In this document: positions 1 to 13,289 of the stretch, piece after piece
How positions within the stretch are numbered: position 1 is the stretch's first letter
How the letters are laid out: every line of letters starts with the position of its first letter
Origin: the human T2T-CHM13v2.0 reference genome, Homo sapiens
Assembly (NCBI RefSeq): GCF_009914755.1
Contig: NC_060927.1
Direction: 5' to 3' (one strand)
DNA: 64,000 nt
Made by a program: the position numbers and the translations under genes
The notes under the pieces: model-generated
Database searches by the model: none
Told to the model about the DNA's origin: nothing
What the model saw: only the letters and a program-made list of their open reading frames with translations

Positions 1-976
1 CCCCAGTGAGTGTTGTTCCCCTCCCCGTGTCCATGCTTTCTCATTGTTCAGCTCCCACTTATAAGTGAGAACATGTGGTGATTGGTTTTCTGTTCCTGCG
101 TTAGTTCCTGCTGAGGATAATGGCTTCCAGCTCCATCCATGTCCCTCATTCCTTTTTATGGCTGCATAGTATTCCATGGTGTATATGTGCCACATTTTCT
201 TTATCTGGTCTATCATGGATGGGCATTTGGGCTGATTCCATGTCTTTGCTATTGTGAATAGTGCTGCAGTGAACATACACATGCATATATCTTTATAATA
301 GAATGATTTATATTCCTTTAGGTATATACCCAGTAATGGGATTGCTGGGTCAAATGGTGTTTCTGGTTTTAGGTCTTTGAGGAATCACCACACTGTCTTC
401 CACAATGGTTGAACTAATTTACATTCCCACCAACAGTGTAAAAGTGTTTCTGTTTCTCCACAGCCTCACCACATCTGTTGTTTCTTAACTTTTTAATAAT
501 TGCCATTCTGACTGGCATGAGATGGTATCTCATTATGATTTTGATTTGCATTTCTTCAATGACCAGTGATGTTGAGCTTTTTTTCATGTTTGTTGGTAGC
601 ATAAAGGTCTTGAAAAGTGTCTGTTCATGCCCTTTGCCCACTTTTTAATGGAGTTGTTTGTTTTTTTCTTATAAATTTGTTAAGTTCCTTGTAAATTCTG
701 GATATTAGACCTTTGTCAGATGGGTAGATTGCCAAAATTTTCTCCCATTCTTTAGGTTGTCTGTTCACGCTTATGATAGTTTCTTTTGCTATGTGGAAAC
801 TCTTTAGTTTAACTAGATCCCATTTGTCAATTTTTGCTTTTGTTGCAATTGGTTTTGGCATTTTCGTCATGAAATTCTTGCCCGTGCCTATGTCCTGAAT
901 GGTATTGCCTAGATTTTCTTCTAGTGTATAGTTTTGGGTTTTACATTTATGTCTTTAATTCATCTTGAGTTAATTT

Positions 977-1151
977 CTTTTTTTTTTTTTTTTTTTTTGA
1001 GATGGAGTTTTCGTGTTGCCCAAGCTGGAGTGCAATGGCACGGTCTTGGCTCACTGCAACCCTGCAACCTCTGCCTCCCAGGTTCAAGCGATTCTCCTGC
1101 CTCAGCCTCCTGAGTAGCTGGGATTACAGGCATGTGCCACCATACTCGGCC
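977..1151 (-). mobile_element. Alu right monomer (5'-truncated AluS-like) inserted in L1 ORF2
   Basis: Poly-T then GAGATGGAGTTT..GCTGGAGTGCAATGG..TAGCTGGGATTACAGGCATG; flanked by GAGTTAAT copies. Confidence 0.9.
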
Positions 1152-1159
1152 GAGTTAAT

Positions 1160-1417
1160 ATTTTTTTGTTTTTTGAGATGGAGTCTCACTCTGTTGCTTA
1201 GGCTGTAGTGCAGTGGCATGATCTCAGCTCACTGCAGCCTCTGCCTCCTGGGTTCCAGTGATTCTCCGACCTCAGCTTCCTAAGTAGCTGGGACTACAGG
1301 CATGTGCCACCACACCTGGCTAATTTTTATGTTTTGATAGGGATGGTGTTTCACCATATTGACCAGGCTGGTCTAGAACTTCTGACCTCAAGTGATCCAC
1401 CCACCTCAGCCTCCCAA
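1160..1417 (-). mobile_element. AluS, slightly 5'-truncated, inserted in L1 ORF2
   Basis: Dimeric antisense Alu ending CTCAAGTGATCCACCCACCTCAGCCTCCCAA; TSD TTGAGTTAATTT at 1418-1429. Confidence 0.92.
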
Positions 1418-2743
1418 TTGAGTTAATTTTTGTATAAGGTGTAAGGAAGGGGTCCAGTTTCAGTTTTCTGCATATGGCTAGCCAGTTCTCCCAGCACCAT
1501 TTATTAAATAGGGAATCCTTTCCCCATTGCTTGTTTTTGTCAGGTTTGTCGAAGATCAGATAGTTGTAGATGTGCAGTCTTATTTCTGAGTTCTCTATTC
1601 TGTTTCATTGGTCTATGTGTCTGTTTTTGTACCAGAACCATGCTGTTTTGGTTACTGTAGCCTTACAGTTTGAAGTCAGGTAGCATGATGCCTCCACCTT
1701 TGTTCTTTTTGCTTAGGATTGTCTTGGCTATATGGGCTCTTTTTTCTGGTTCCATATGGATGTCAAAATAGTTTGTTCTAATTCTGTGAAATTTTTCCAA
1801 TTCCGAATTCTAGTGGATGCTTGACAATGGTAGTGTAATGGGAATAGCATTGAATCTATAAATTACTTTGGGCAGTATGGCCATTTTCACGACATTGATT
1901 CTTCCTATCCATGAGCATGGAATGTTTTTCCATTTGTATCGTCTCTGATTTCCTTGAGCAGTGGCTTGTAGTTCTCCTTGAAGAGGTCCTTCACTTTCCT
2001 TGTAAACTGTATTCCTAGGTATTTTATTCTCTTTGTAACAATTATGAATGGGAGTTCATTCATGATTTGGCTCTCTGCTTGTCTATTTTTGGTGTATAGG
2101 AATGCTTGTGATTTTTGCACATTGATTTTGTATCCTGAGACTTTGCTGAAGTTGCTTATCAGCTTAAGGAGCTTTTGGGCTGAGACAGTGGGGTTTTCTA
2201 GATATAGGATCATGTCATCTGTAAACAGAGACAGTTTGACTTCCTGTTTTCCTATTTGAATAACCTTTCATTTTCTTGCCTGATTGCCCTGGCCACAATT
2301 TCCAATACTGTGTTGAAAAGAAGTGGTGAGAGAGGGCATCTTTGTCTTATGTTTGTTTTCAAGGGGAATGCTTCCAGCTTTTGCTCATTCAGTATGATGT
2401 TGGCTGTGGGTTTGTCATGAATGGCTTTTATTATTTTGAGGTATGTTCCATCAATACCTAGTTTATTGATGGTTTTTAACATGAAGGGATGTTGAATTTT
2501 ATTGAAGGCCCTTTTTTGCATCTGTTGAGATAATCATGTAGTTTTGGCCTTTAGTTCTGTTTACGTAATGAATTCGTTTATTGATTTGCATGTGTTGAAC
2601 CAGCCTTGCATCGTGGGGATGAAGGTGACTTCATTGTGGTGGATAAGCGTCTTGATGTGCTGCTGGATTTGGTTTGCCAGTATTTTATTGAGGATTTTCA
2701 CATTGATCTTCATCAGGGATATTGTCTTGAAGTTTTCTTTTTT

Positions 2744-3040
2744 CTTTCTTTTTTTTTGAATTGAAGTCTTGCACTGTCACCCAGGCTGGAGTGTAGTGGT
2801 GTGATCTTGGCTCACTGCAAACTCCATCTCCCAGGTTCAATCGATTATCCTTGCCTAAGCCTCCCAAGTAGCTGGGATTACAGGTGCCCACCACCACGCC
2901 TGGCAAATTTTTTTGTGTTTTTAGTAGAGATGGGGTTTCACTATGTTGGCCAGGCTGGTCTCAAACTCCTGACCTCGTGATCTGCCCACCTTGGCCTCCC
3001 AAAGTGCTGGGATTACAGGTGTGAGCCACCACGCCCAGCC
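2744..3040 (-). mobile_element. Full-length AluS inserted in L1 ORF2
   Basis: Antisense Alu ending CAAAGTGCTGGGATTACAGGTGTGAGCCACCACGCCCAGCC; TTCTTTTT on both flanks. Confidence 0.95.
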
Positions 3041-6000
3041 TTCTTTTTTTGTTGTATCTGTGCCAGATTTTGGTATCAGGATGATGCTGGCCTCATAAAA
3101 TGAGTTAGGAATCCCACCTCTTCAGTTGTTTGGAATAGTTTCAGAAGAAATGGTACCAGCTCCTCTTTGTACCTCTGGTAGAATTCAGCTCTAAAACCGC
3201 CTGATTCTGGGCTTTTTTGGTTAGTATGCTATTTATCACTGCCTCAATTTCAGAACTTGTTATTGTTTTTTGTTGTGAGCACTTAGTGCTATAAATTTCC
3301 CTCTTAACACTGCTTTAGCTGCATCCCAGAGGTTCTGGTATGTTGTCTTTTTCTTCTCATTGGTTTCAAATAACTTATTTATTTCTGCCTTTATTTCATT
3401 ATTTACCCCGGAGCCATTCAGGAGCTAGTTGTTCAATTTCTATTTAGTTGTGTGGTTTTTAGTGATTAAGTGGTTTTCTTAATCTTGAGTTCTAATTTGA
3501 TTGTGCTGTGGTCTGAGAGACTGTTTGTTATGATTTCAGTTATTTCGCATTTGCTAAGGAGTGTTTTACTTCCCAATTATGTGGTAGATTTTAGAGTAAG
3601 TGCATTTGGTGATGAGAAGAATGTATATTCTGTTGATTTGGGGTGGAGATTTCTGTAGATAACTGTCAGGTTCACTTGATCCAGAGCTGGGTTCAAGTCC
3701 TGAATATCTTTGTTAATTTTCTGTCTCGATGATCTGTCTGATATTAACATTGGGGTGTTAAAGTCACTCATTATTATTGTGTGGGAGTCTAAGTCTCTTT
3801 GTAGGTTTCTAAGAACTTGCTTTATGAATCTGGGTCCTCCTATATTAGGTGTATATATATTTAGGATAATTAGCTCTTCTTGTTGAATGGATCCCTGTAC
3901 CATTATGTAATGCCCTTCTTTGATCTTTTTGGTTTAAAGTCTTTTGACAAAAAGTAGGATTGCAACTCCTGCATTTTTCTGCTTTCCATTTGTTTGGTAA
4001 ATTGTCCTCCATTCCTCTATTTTGAGCCTATGTGTGCCTTGGCATGTGAAGTGGGTCTCTTGAATACAGCACACTAATGGGTCTTGACTCTTTATCCAGC
4101 TTGCCATTCTGTGTCTTCTAATTGGGGGCATTTAGCCCATTTACATTTAAGGTTAATATTGTTATATGTGAATTTGGTCCTGCCATCATGATGCTAACTG
4201 GTTATTTTGCCAACTTGTTGATGTAGTTGCTTCATAGTGTCATTGGTCTTTGTACTAAAGTGTTTTTGTTTTTTTTTTTTTTTTTTTTTTTTTTTGCAGT
4301 GGCTAGTAACAGTTTTTCCTTTCCATATTTAGTGCTTCTTTCAGGAGCTCTTGCAAGGCAGGCCTGGTGGTGATGAATTCCCCCAGCATTTGCTTGTCTG
4401 AAAAGAATCTTGTTTCTCCTTCACCTAGGAAGCTTAGTTTGGCCAGATGTGAAATTCTGTGTTGGAAATTCTTTTCTTTAAGAATATTGAATATTAGCAC
4501 CCAGTCTCTTCTGGCTTGTAAGGTTTTTGCTGAGAGGTCCACTGTTAGTCTGATGGGCTTCCCTTTTTAGGTGATCTGGCCTTTCTGTCTGGCTGCTCGT
4601 AATATTTTTCCTTCCTTTCAACCTTGGAGAATCTGATGATTATGTACCTTGGGGTTGATCTTCTTGTGGAGTATCTTACTGGGGTTCTCTGAATTTCCCT
4701 AATTTGAATGTTGGTCTGTCTTGCTAGGTTGGGGAAGTTCTCCTGGATGATATCCTGAAGTGTGTTTTCCAGCTTGTTTCCATACTTCCTGTCTCTTTCA
4801 GGTACCTTAATCAGTCATAGGTTTGGTCTTTTTACATAATCCCATAGTTCTCGGAGGTTTTGTTTGTTCCTTTTCATTCTTTTTTCTCTGATCTTGTCTG
4901 CCTGTCTTATTTCAGCAAGATAGTCTTCAAGCTCTGAAATTCTTCCTTTCAGCTATTTATACTTGTTGCAAATTCTCAGGTTGTGTTTTTCAGCTCCATC
5001 AGGTCCTTTATGTTCCTTTCTAAACTGGTCATTCTGGTTAACAGCTCCTGCAATGTTTTATCATGGTCCTTAGCTTATTTGCATTGGGTTAGAACATGCT
5101 CCGTTAGCCCAGTGAAGTTTGTTATTGCCCATCTTCTGAAGCCTACTTCTGTCAGTTCATCCATTTCAGCCTCAGCCCAGTTCTATGCCCTTGCTGGAGA
5201 GGTGTTGCGATCATTTGGAGGAGAAGAGGCACTCTGGGTTTTTGAGTTTTCTGTGTTTTTTAGTTGATTCTTTCTCATTTTCATGAGTTTATCTAGCTTC
5301 GGTCTTTGATGTCCTTTAGATGGGGTTTTTGTGAGGACCTTTTTGTTGATGCTGTTATGCTGTTGTCATTGTTACTGTTAGTTGTTTTTTTTTTTTTTCT
5401 TTTTTTTTTTTTTTACAGCCGTCTTCTGTAGGGCTGTTGTGGTTTGCTCGGGGTCCGCTTCAGACCCTATTTACCTGTTTCCCTCCTGCATCTGAAGGTG
5501 TCACCAGTGGAGGTTTCAGAACAGCAAAGATGGCTGCCTGCTTCTTCCTGTGGGATCTTGGTCTCAGAGGGGCACCGACCTGATGCCAGTGGGAACGCTT
5601 CTGTATAAGGTGTTTGGCAACCCCCCGTTTGGGTCTCACCTAGTCAGGTGGCACAGGATCAGGGACCCATTTAACAAAGCACTCTGGCTGCCCCTTGGTG
5701 CAGGGCATGTGCTGCTCTGGTGGGAATCCTACTCGTCTGGACTGCCCCAGTTTCTCAGAGCCAGCAGGGGAAAGACTAAGTCTGCTGATATGAGGAGATC
5801 GTAGCCGCCCTTGCCCCCAGGGTCTCCATCCCAGGGAGATCAGAGTTCTGTCCATAAACCCCTGACTGGAACTGCTGAAATTCCCACTGGGAGGCCCTGC
5901 CCAGTGAGGAGAGATGCATCCAGGTTTGATCTAAACAGGCAGTCTGGCCACTATCTGCCACAGCCACTGGGCTCTGCTGTGGGAAATTCCTCCTGGTTCC

Positions 6001-7464
6001 AAACCACCCAGTCTCCCTGGCACCGGCAGGGGAAAATGGCAGACTGGAGCTGCAGTGGTGGCTGCTGCCCCTTCTTCTGGGAGCTCGGTAGTGTTAGGCA
6101 GCAGCCATCATCTGCAGTGATGGCAGCCACCCCTCTCCCCGGGAACTCAGTAGTCTTAGGCAGTCCCAACCGCCTAGCCAGTCCCAGTGAGAAAACCTAG
6201 ATACCTCAATTCCCAGTGCAGGATTCACTTGCCCTTTTCATTCTTGGTGGGAGCCTTTGACCGCAGCTGTTGCAGCTGTTTCTAGTCAGCCATCTTGGCC
6301 CCAATGAAATATTTAAATGCTAAAAATTTAAATGACAAAATTAGTGAGAATTTTGTCAGGATGGATGAATATAGTTTTTTAAACAGTTTATGTAACTCAT
6401 CTTTCAAGGTATAATTGTGTAAAATCTACATTTGAACACAAATGTGAAGAATTACGTATCTTGAAATTTTAAAATATTGTTAAAATGAATATATATTATT
6501 ATAAAATGTCATAGCTTTTTTACTAATACTTCATTAACAATATTTTATTGTTCTAATCTTCCTAGACATTAACTTTGAATTATTTTGCTATAATAGACTT
6601 AAATACTTTCATGAGAAATTAATCTAAAATTAAATATGGCCTTTAAGCAGATGTGCTTGTATATACAATCTGAGTAGAAGATCACACTTCACTTAAGTTA
6701 CCTGATGATCCTGCAGTTGCAGTTGGCATTTTTTCCTGGTAATCAGAGCCTGACACTGGTAAACATTTTGCAAATACCCACAGATAATCATATTTTACTG
6801 AAATACATTTTTATAGGAATCTTGTATATCTGTTGGAAAAATAACAAAGGAGGCATTTTGGTTTCTACAAAACTCTGGAATGTATTAGACTCTCAGATTT
6901 AAAACCAGTTATTAATAGCCCGTTTTTGAGGGTCTGGGGACAGAATTTGCTTTGAAGCGTAATGTACAAAAGAGATAAAAGCAGTTTTATTGTATTGTGC
7001 TTCATTTTGTTACATTTATAGAGCCAGCACATGACAGCAATGTGTGATTTTGATGAAGCAGATTTTAAATCAGAAGTTATAGGTGACAGTTGCAGCCTAG
7101 TATGTATCTCCTTCCACTTCCTTTTTGTGGTTTTCTCTTTTGGGAGATAGAAAGTATAGAATAAATTCTAAATCCTATAAATCAGCAGTTTTAAAGAATA
7201 ATGATTTCTTATGATTTATTCAAATTTTCAGAATATTAAATAAAGGTGATAGAGATTTTATTCTGAGGCCCATAAACAAGTTTATCTGGTGTCATATTTT
7301 AATACATTGGTTGTCTCCATTGTATTTGCGTTTGGTAATACTGTTTGCATATATTTTAGTGTTAGTCAAATATTACATCACTAAAAATATAATTTTACAA
7401 AGCAAATAAAGAATTTTCTGATTCCTTTGAGCACTTGAACCTTAGCGTTATGTGGAATGTACTC

Positions 7465-8410
7465 ATTTAAAATATTTATTATTCCCTGTATGTCAGTTAC
7501 CATTTTATAACAGTGAATAAAATAGACAAAAATCTTGAAAGTTATGAACTTTAGTGGGGGAGGGGAGGATAAATAATAAACATTATTAGTAAATATAAGT
7601 GCCTTAAAGAAAAATAAATTTTGATAAGGTCAGTGGGGAGTGCTGATGTTGAAAATGAGGCTGCAGTTTCTAATACGTGATCAATATAGGTCTCACTGAG
7701 AAAGTGACATGTGGACCAAATTCTTGAAGGAGGTGAAGGAGTGAGATAATTCAGATATCTCTGAGAAGAATGATCTTGGCAGAAGGAATATCATGTGCAA
7801 AGACCCTGAGGTGTAAGTGAAGCTGGCATGGCTAAGGGACACCAAAAAGGTCACTGTGGTTAGCTTGGAATGAATGAGGGGTAGAGTGAATAGGGAGGAG
7901 TTCAGCAAAATGATTGGAGGCAGAATCTTTCAGGGTCTCCTAGGTACTGAGGACTTGTAGCTAGTAAGGAGGAAAATGGAAAGATGAAGATTGCTTTGAA
8001 CAATGAAAAGAGACAGGGTCTGATTTATAATCAGCTCTCATTGCTATGTTAATAATAGGTGGAATAGGGACAAGGGGAGAATTAGAGACACCATTTTTGT
8101 CTGATTGTGTGATTGATGTGATTGTGTGATTGATGTGATTGAGATACTCCAACTGACAGATGATGGTGGACTGGAGGGGTGGTAAAAATGGAAGTGGTGA
8201 GAATGAGCACATTTGAGATATATTTTGAAAGTAGAGGCAACAGAGAAAGAGATGGCTCCTTATTTGTCCTGAACAAGTAAAAGAGGAGGAGTTATAGTTA
8301 GCAGAGATGAAGAAGACTGTGTGTGGAGAAATTATATTATTTTATTTTATTATTGGTGGTAGATGGACTCAGAGTTTAGTTTTGGATATGTTAACTTTGA
8401 AGTGTCTTAT
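7465..8410 (-). mobile_element. LINE-2 3' fragment
   Basis: Resembles antisense L2 consensus (ACAGTGAATAAAATAGACAAAAATC..TGCAAAGACCCTGAGGTG..GATATATTTTGAAAGTAGAG..TTTAGTTTTGGATATGTTAACTTTGA). Boundaries approximate. Confidence 0.75.
8102..8141. repeat. 17-bp tandem repeat TGATTGTGTGATTGATG x ~2.4
   Basis: Seen directly. Confidence 0.9.
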
Positions 8411-9069
8411 TAATTATTGCAGTGTGAAACCACTTTATCAGACAGTAGTAAAAATCTCTCTTATAAAGGGAAACAAAGGAGTAGAATGTTTGTACAATTG
8501 TGGTGGTTCTAATGTTTTTGTGCACATTATGCAGGTTCTATTTTCTGTTAGTGAACTATCAGTAACATGTTCAACTTGGATAGTGATAGATTAAAAATTG
8601 ACATTTGTATTCCTTTGCCTTCCTCTTAAGATTTCAGATAGACCACTCTCCCTCCAGAAGAAACCATAACTACACTGATTTGTTAATTCAACAAACTATC
8701 CTTCAGTACTACTATGTGCAATACATGGTGTTAGATACAGTGGGGAATAGAAAGACATGGTGTCATAGCTCAATAAAAAGAGTAAATTACCTATTCGGTA
8801 TCAACTGACTTGTTAATATAGCAGGACCATTATTAGAATTCAGCTATCTTTATTCCCAACCTAGTGTGTTTTCCATAATAATGTACCTTTTAACTATGTC
8901 AAAGATAGCAAATACAGTTCATCTGTGTCAACTTTAATCAGTTGATAGTGGCTGTCTAGCACATTGTGAATGGGGTCAATCAGAAAGAATGTCATTAGAT
9001 CAATTAGCTATTACTTTATATTACCTAAACTTAGTATAATTTAAAATTTGATAATGAGTTTATTCAGTT

Positions 9070-10850
9070 TATAAAGAGTTCTGTTTTTGGCATGGCCTAG
9101 TAGCTCCATTGCACAATTCCTTCTGCAGAAAACTACTATAACCTATGAACAAAATAGGAAAAATAACTACCCGAAAGCACTGGAGAGCAAACAAAAGCAG
9201 ACAGAAAATAGAAGTCAAACATTGAAGGAAGGAAATAGCACTGGGTGAGTCCCCTGCCAGGTAGGGTGGCTGAAACTCTTGACAAACAAAACCCCTCAGT
9301 CTTGTTGGTCTGAAGAACCAAGGACAGGGTTTGGTGTAGCTGCAGGCCTTGGAAAGTGCGTGTGCATGCATACTCAAAGTAAATTAAATTGCCTGCTTAA
9401 ATGAAAAAGAAAAAAATTATTCAGAAAAAACAGAACCCAAACTTTCTACTCGTATTACTCACAACATTTGCAGTAGAATGCAAAATTATTCAGTGTACAC
9501 AGAAACAAGAAGACATGAACCATTCTGAAAAGAAATCAATGGACTAACTTCAAGATAACTCATATGTTGCTATTAGCAGACAAGAATCTTAAAGCAGCTG
9601 TTGTAATTGCTTAAGAACATAAGGGAAAATATGTTTGCAATGAATAAAAATAGGAAATATTAACAGAGAATTTGAAGTAATAAAAAAGACCCAAATATAA
9701 ATTCTAAAACTGAAAAAAAAAAAAACTGACATAAAACTTTTAGAATGGAAATGAATAGGAATCATAACCTAAAGATAGATCAAGGAAATACCTAAACAGA
9801 GAGGGGAAAAAAGAAGATTTAAAAAATGAGCAAAACCCTTACGGACTTGTAGGACAATAACATAAGGACAACCTTCATGTAAATGGAATGGCATACTTGC
9901 CAGAATGGCTACAATTAAGAGCACTAACAACATTCACAAAACACACATCTGCCCAGTGACCTAGCAACTCTTTCCAGGAGAAATGAAACTACGTAAACAA
10001 AAAAGGCCTGTATGCTAATATTTATAGTAGTGTATCTATCAGTAGCCAAAAATTGAAAATAGCCCAGATTCGTCTCAAAAAAAGAAGAGATGACTAATTG
10101 TGGTGTACTTGTACAATGGGCAATAAAATGGAACAAACTACTGTTCTGTACAACAGTTGAGATGAATTTCAAAACTATTATGCTTAGTGAAATATAAGTG
10201 AAAAAAGTGTATACTCTTTTAATATTATGTTCTAGAACAGGCAACATTTATATAGTGTTTCAGAATAGACAAAACTTATATGAACAACAGTTGCACTACG
10301 TGGGAGTGGGACAAGTATTGATTGAAAAAGGATATTAAAGGAAGTTTCTGGAGTGATTTTAATATTCTGTAGTTTTCGGTGGTTTGTATTGCACAAAGGT
10401 ATACTTTTGTTTCATTGAATGGTATATATTAATACTCATTTCATTTTAGATCAATGTTATCTAATTAGAAAAATGTAGACAAATATTGAACTCTTATCAC
10501 ATGCATGATGAAGTATTTCTGGGTAAGAAAACATATGTAATGTATAGTGTTGACAAGATTTTGGAAAAGCAGGTATTTACACTGCTGGCCAGGAATAACA
10601 GCATGAAAGGAGCTTGTATTTAAAAAATTCACAAAAATTCATAAATGTGGCTACTCTCTTACTTAGCAGTTCTACCATTAGGATTTTATCTTAAGGAAAT
10701 GATAAGAGATGTACAATAAAATATGCATAAGGATGTTCAACATAGCATCATATATAATATGGAATATTGCCAAAAATGTAGTTGTCAGCAGAGTCCGATT
10801 GCTTATATAAATTATGGTACAGCCATAGGATATAAGATACATACATTTGT
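9070..10850 (+). mobile_element. Old mammalian L1M/HAL1-type fragments
   Basis: A-rich L1-like tracts (AAATATAAATTCTAAAACTGAAAA; TTTATCAGTAGCCAAAAATTGAAAATAGCCCAGA-like; GATGAATTTCAAAACTATTATGCTTAGTGAAA). Fragmented; subfamily not assignable by eye. Confidence 0.6.
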
Positions 10851-10909
10851 AGTCACAGTAAGTGTGTTGATCAGAGTGAGAAACTAGTTAACAATATATT
10901 GTATTTATT

Positions 10910-11133
10910 CAACAGTTGGCAAACTGCAGCCTGATGCCCAGATTTGGTCCACCACCTATCTCTGTAAACAAAGTTGTTTTGGAACACAGCCATGCTCATT
11001 TACTTATGTATTGCCTATAGCTGCTTTCACACTACAGCAGTAGAGTTGGGTAGTTGCAACAGAGACCATATGGCCTACAAAGCCTAAAATGTTTACTCTT
11101 TGGCTCTTTACCGAAAACATTTCCTGACTCCTG
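10910..11133 (+). mobile_element. MER58A (hAT-Charlie MITE)
   Basis: TTGGCAAACTGCAGCC..TTGGAACACAGCCATGCTCATT..GCAACAGAGACCATATGGCCTACAAAGCCTAAAATGTTTACT..TGACTCCTG matches the MER58A consensus. Confidence 0.88.
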
Positions 11134-13289
11134 GTTTAATCAAATTAAATTCTAGAAACACAGGAAAGGCTTGCCTAAATTAACTAATTCCGTAAATTTA
11201 TGAATACTTACCATGTATCCAGCCCTGCACGTAAGCTGTCTACATAAATGTGACTGAAACAGATTCAGTCTGCATTCTTATTGAGTTTAAGTATGGCAGG
11301 GGAGATAGTTATCAAATAAATATTCAAATTAAAATTGATTCTATAAAGGAAGAGTGCAGTGAGGAAATGTTAACAGGTATTATTTCTAAGTGTTGGTAAT
11401 ATTGGCAATTTTAAAACTTGATTCCTTTTCTGAGTTTTTTCTAGGATTTAAATATATTTCATTGGAAAAAGGTAACAAAGATTGAGTAGATAACTAGACA
11501 TTGCTTCAGTAATTTTTAAAACTTCTGATATTGCTCTGAATGCACAGAATTAAGTTTAATTTACAGAATTAAGTTTAATATCATGTCTGTTAAATATTAT
11601 TGGTTGCCTATCACATGTTCAATACTGTGAGAAGTGCTGTAGATACAGAGTTGAAGTCTGAGACTTGCTTTTGAGTACCTTATTGTGTGGTTGATAAGAG
11701 ACAAACCAGGCACAGAAAATAGAATTACACCATATTAAACAATTTATAATAAAATACCTACATGTTACTTTAGAAAAAAATAAGCCAGTGAATTCTGATA
11801 TAGGCAGGTGAGACTTAATGAAGTATGTGGGTTATCAACTGGACCTTGAAGTACGGCTAATTATTTGGCTAAGTATAGGGAAACTGGAAAAACATTTCAG
11901 ACCAGAGACCCAGGATTTAAGGCACAGAGGTGAGAATGGGCATGTTTGTTGATACAGCAGCAAAGAGATTGACCTTAGGAAACCAGTGGTGCATTAGGGG
12001 ATTAATGATGTAGATAAAGACTGAGAGTCAAGGCTGATTTTGGAGTGTCTTAACAGTCTGAAACAGAAGTTTAGATTTGATTTCTGGTTAAAAAAAATCA
12101 GAAGAATTTGAAATCTGTTCTTTCTACCTCCCTTTATTCATTTTTTTCCTCTTTCTCTTCTGTGTATTTCCCTTCCTAGGAAAATACTTCATAAAAATAA
12201 AACGGAAAGATTAATTTTACCACCAAATACAAGACAAATTACAAGTTTACTTTTTAAATTTTGGCTTTCTGCATTCTTTTAAAACTAGAAGCTGTTTTCC
12301 ATTAACAGTGACAGACAGCAGTGTAACCATGTGTGTTTGCTAGAACTAAAGAGACGTCCCTATCTCAGATTGCTGTGGCATAACCCGTGGCATTTATTCA
12401 GAGTGAGGCTGTTTTAAGAGAATGAGCATTAACTGCAATGTAGTCCTACAGAGATAACTGAACAGTCTTTTTGCTATTGTTCTTACAGGTGTCCTACGCA
12501 TTATTCCTTACCTTCTCTGGAGAAATTGATTCACCAGATTTGTCAGATTTTTAAATGTAATATTTTGTTTTATTTGAAATCAAAGCTAAAGAAATATGTT
12601 CTTTGCTCTAAGAACATATTTTAGCTATGTTTAGCTAAATAGCTAAACACAGTTTTATCTTTTAATTTAATGGCTACTGACTTGTGCTTACATAATCTGA
12701 AAGTTCACATTGTCAGGCTGCTTTTTTCCTTCTAATCAACACCAGTAATTTTACTCTGCATTCTAATATATTACCTGTGTTATTATCTTTAAAATGCATC
12801 CACGAATGATCTGTTTACATTTAACTTTTTCATCCCTTTGATTCTTCATCATAACCTTAAAACTTTGGTTTTAATGACAATCAAATTCAAACCAGAACGA
12901 ATTTAACTCTAAGTTCATATTATTAGATATCTTTCCTTATTTCAGCTATCTCTACCAGCAGAGCTTAAGAAAATCCGATTTGACTTGACTAGACTTACTA
13001 GGACATATCTTTCTGTAAGATTTCCAGGTCATCACACACAGCTCAGCTTCTTTTTGACTTTCTGAACTTTGCCATGTATTTGTTGCAAAGTATTTCCGTA
13101 GTTCAACCCTGTACTCATACCTTCCTAGTCAGTGACATTGCCAAAGGACCAAGTCTTGCATAGAATTAAAGTGATGGGCAGAATCTTTATGATATTTTTC
13201 AAAGTGCTTTATGTAAAATATTAGGTAATTGACTAGCTTTAGGTCAAACCATGGGTAAATATCAAGCACATGATTAGAAACCAGTTCTT

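Larger units (their letters stand above)
1..6302 (-). mobile_element. Decayed near-full-length primate LINE-1 (older L1PA type); 5'UTR ~5290-6302, ORF1 remnant ~4240-5284, ORF2 remnant ~48-4186; 3' end runs off the window start
   Basis: Minus-strand ORF fragments translate as L1 ORF2p ([59 protein letters not shown]) and ORF1p (DLSAKTLQARRDW..FITTRPALQELLKEAL). 5' end reads GGGGCCAAGATGGCTGACTAG. Many frameshifts and stops, an apparent ORF2 deletion near 3265 and nested Alus. Confidence 0.95.

Noticed and set aside
414-4570. L1 ORF1/ORF2-like ORFs as functional genes or an active element
   Set aside because: Broken by stops, frameshifts, a deletion and three Alu insertions.
5811-6200. 129-aa + strand ORF antisense to the L1 5'UTR as L1 ORF0
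   Set aside because: Non-ATG start, no resemblance to ORF0 that I can see, older 5'UTR type; long ORFs are expected in GC-rich sequence.
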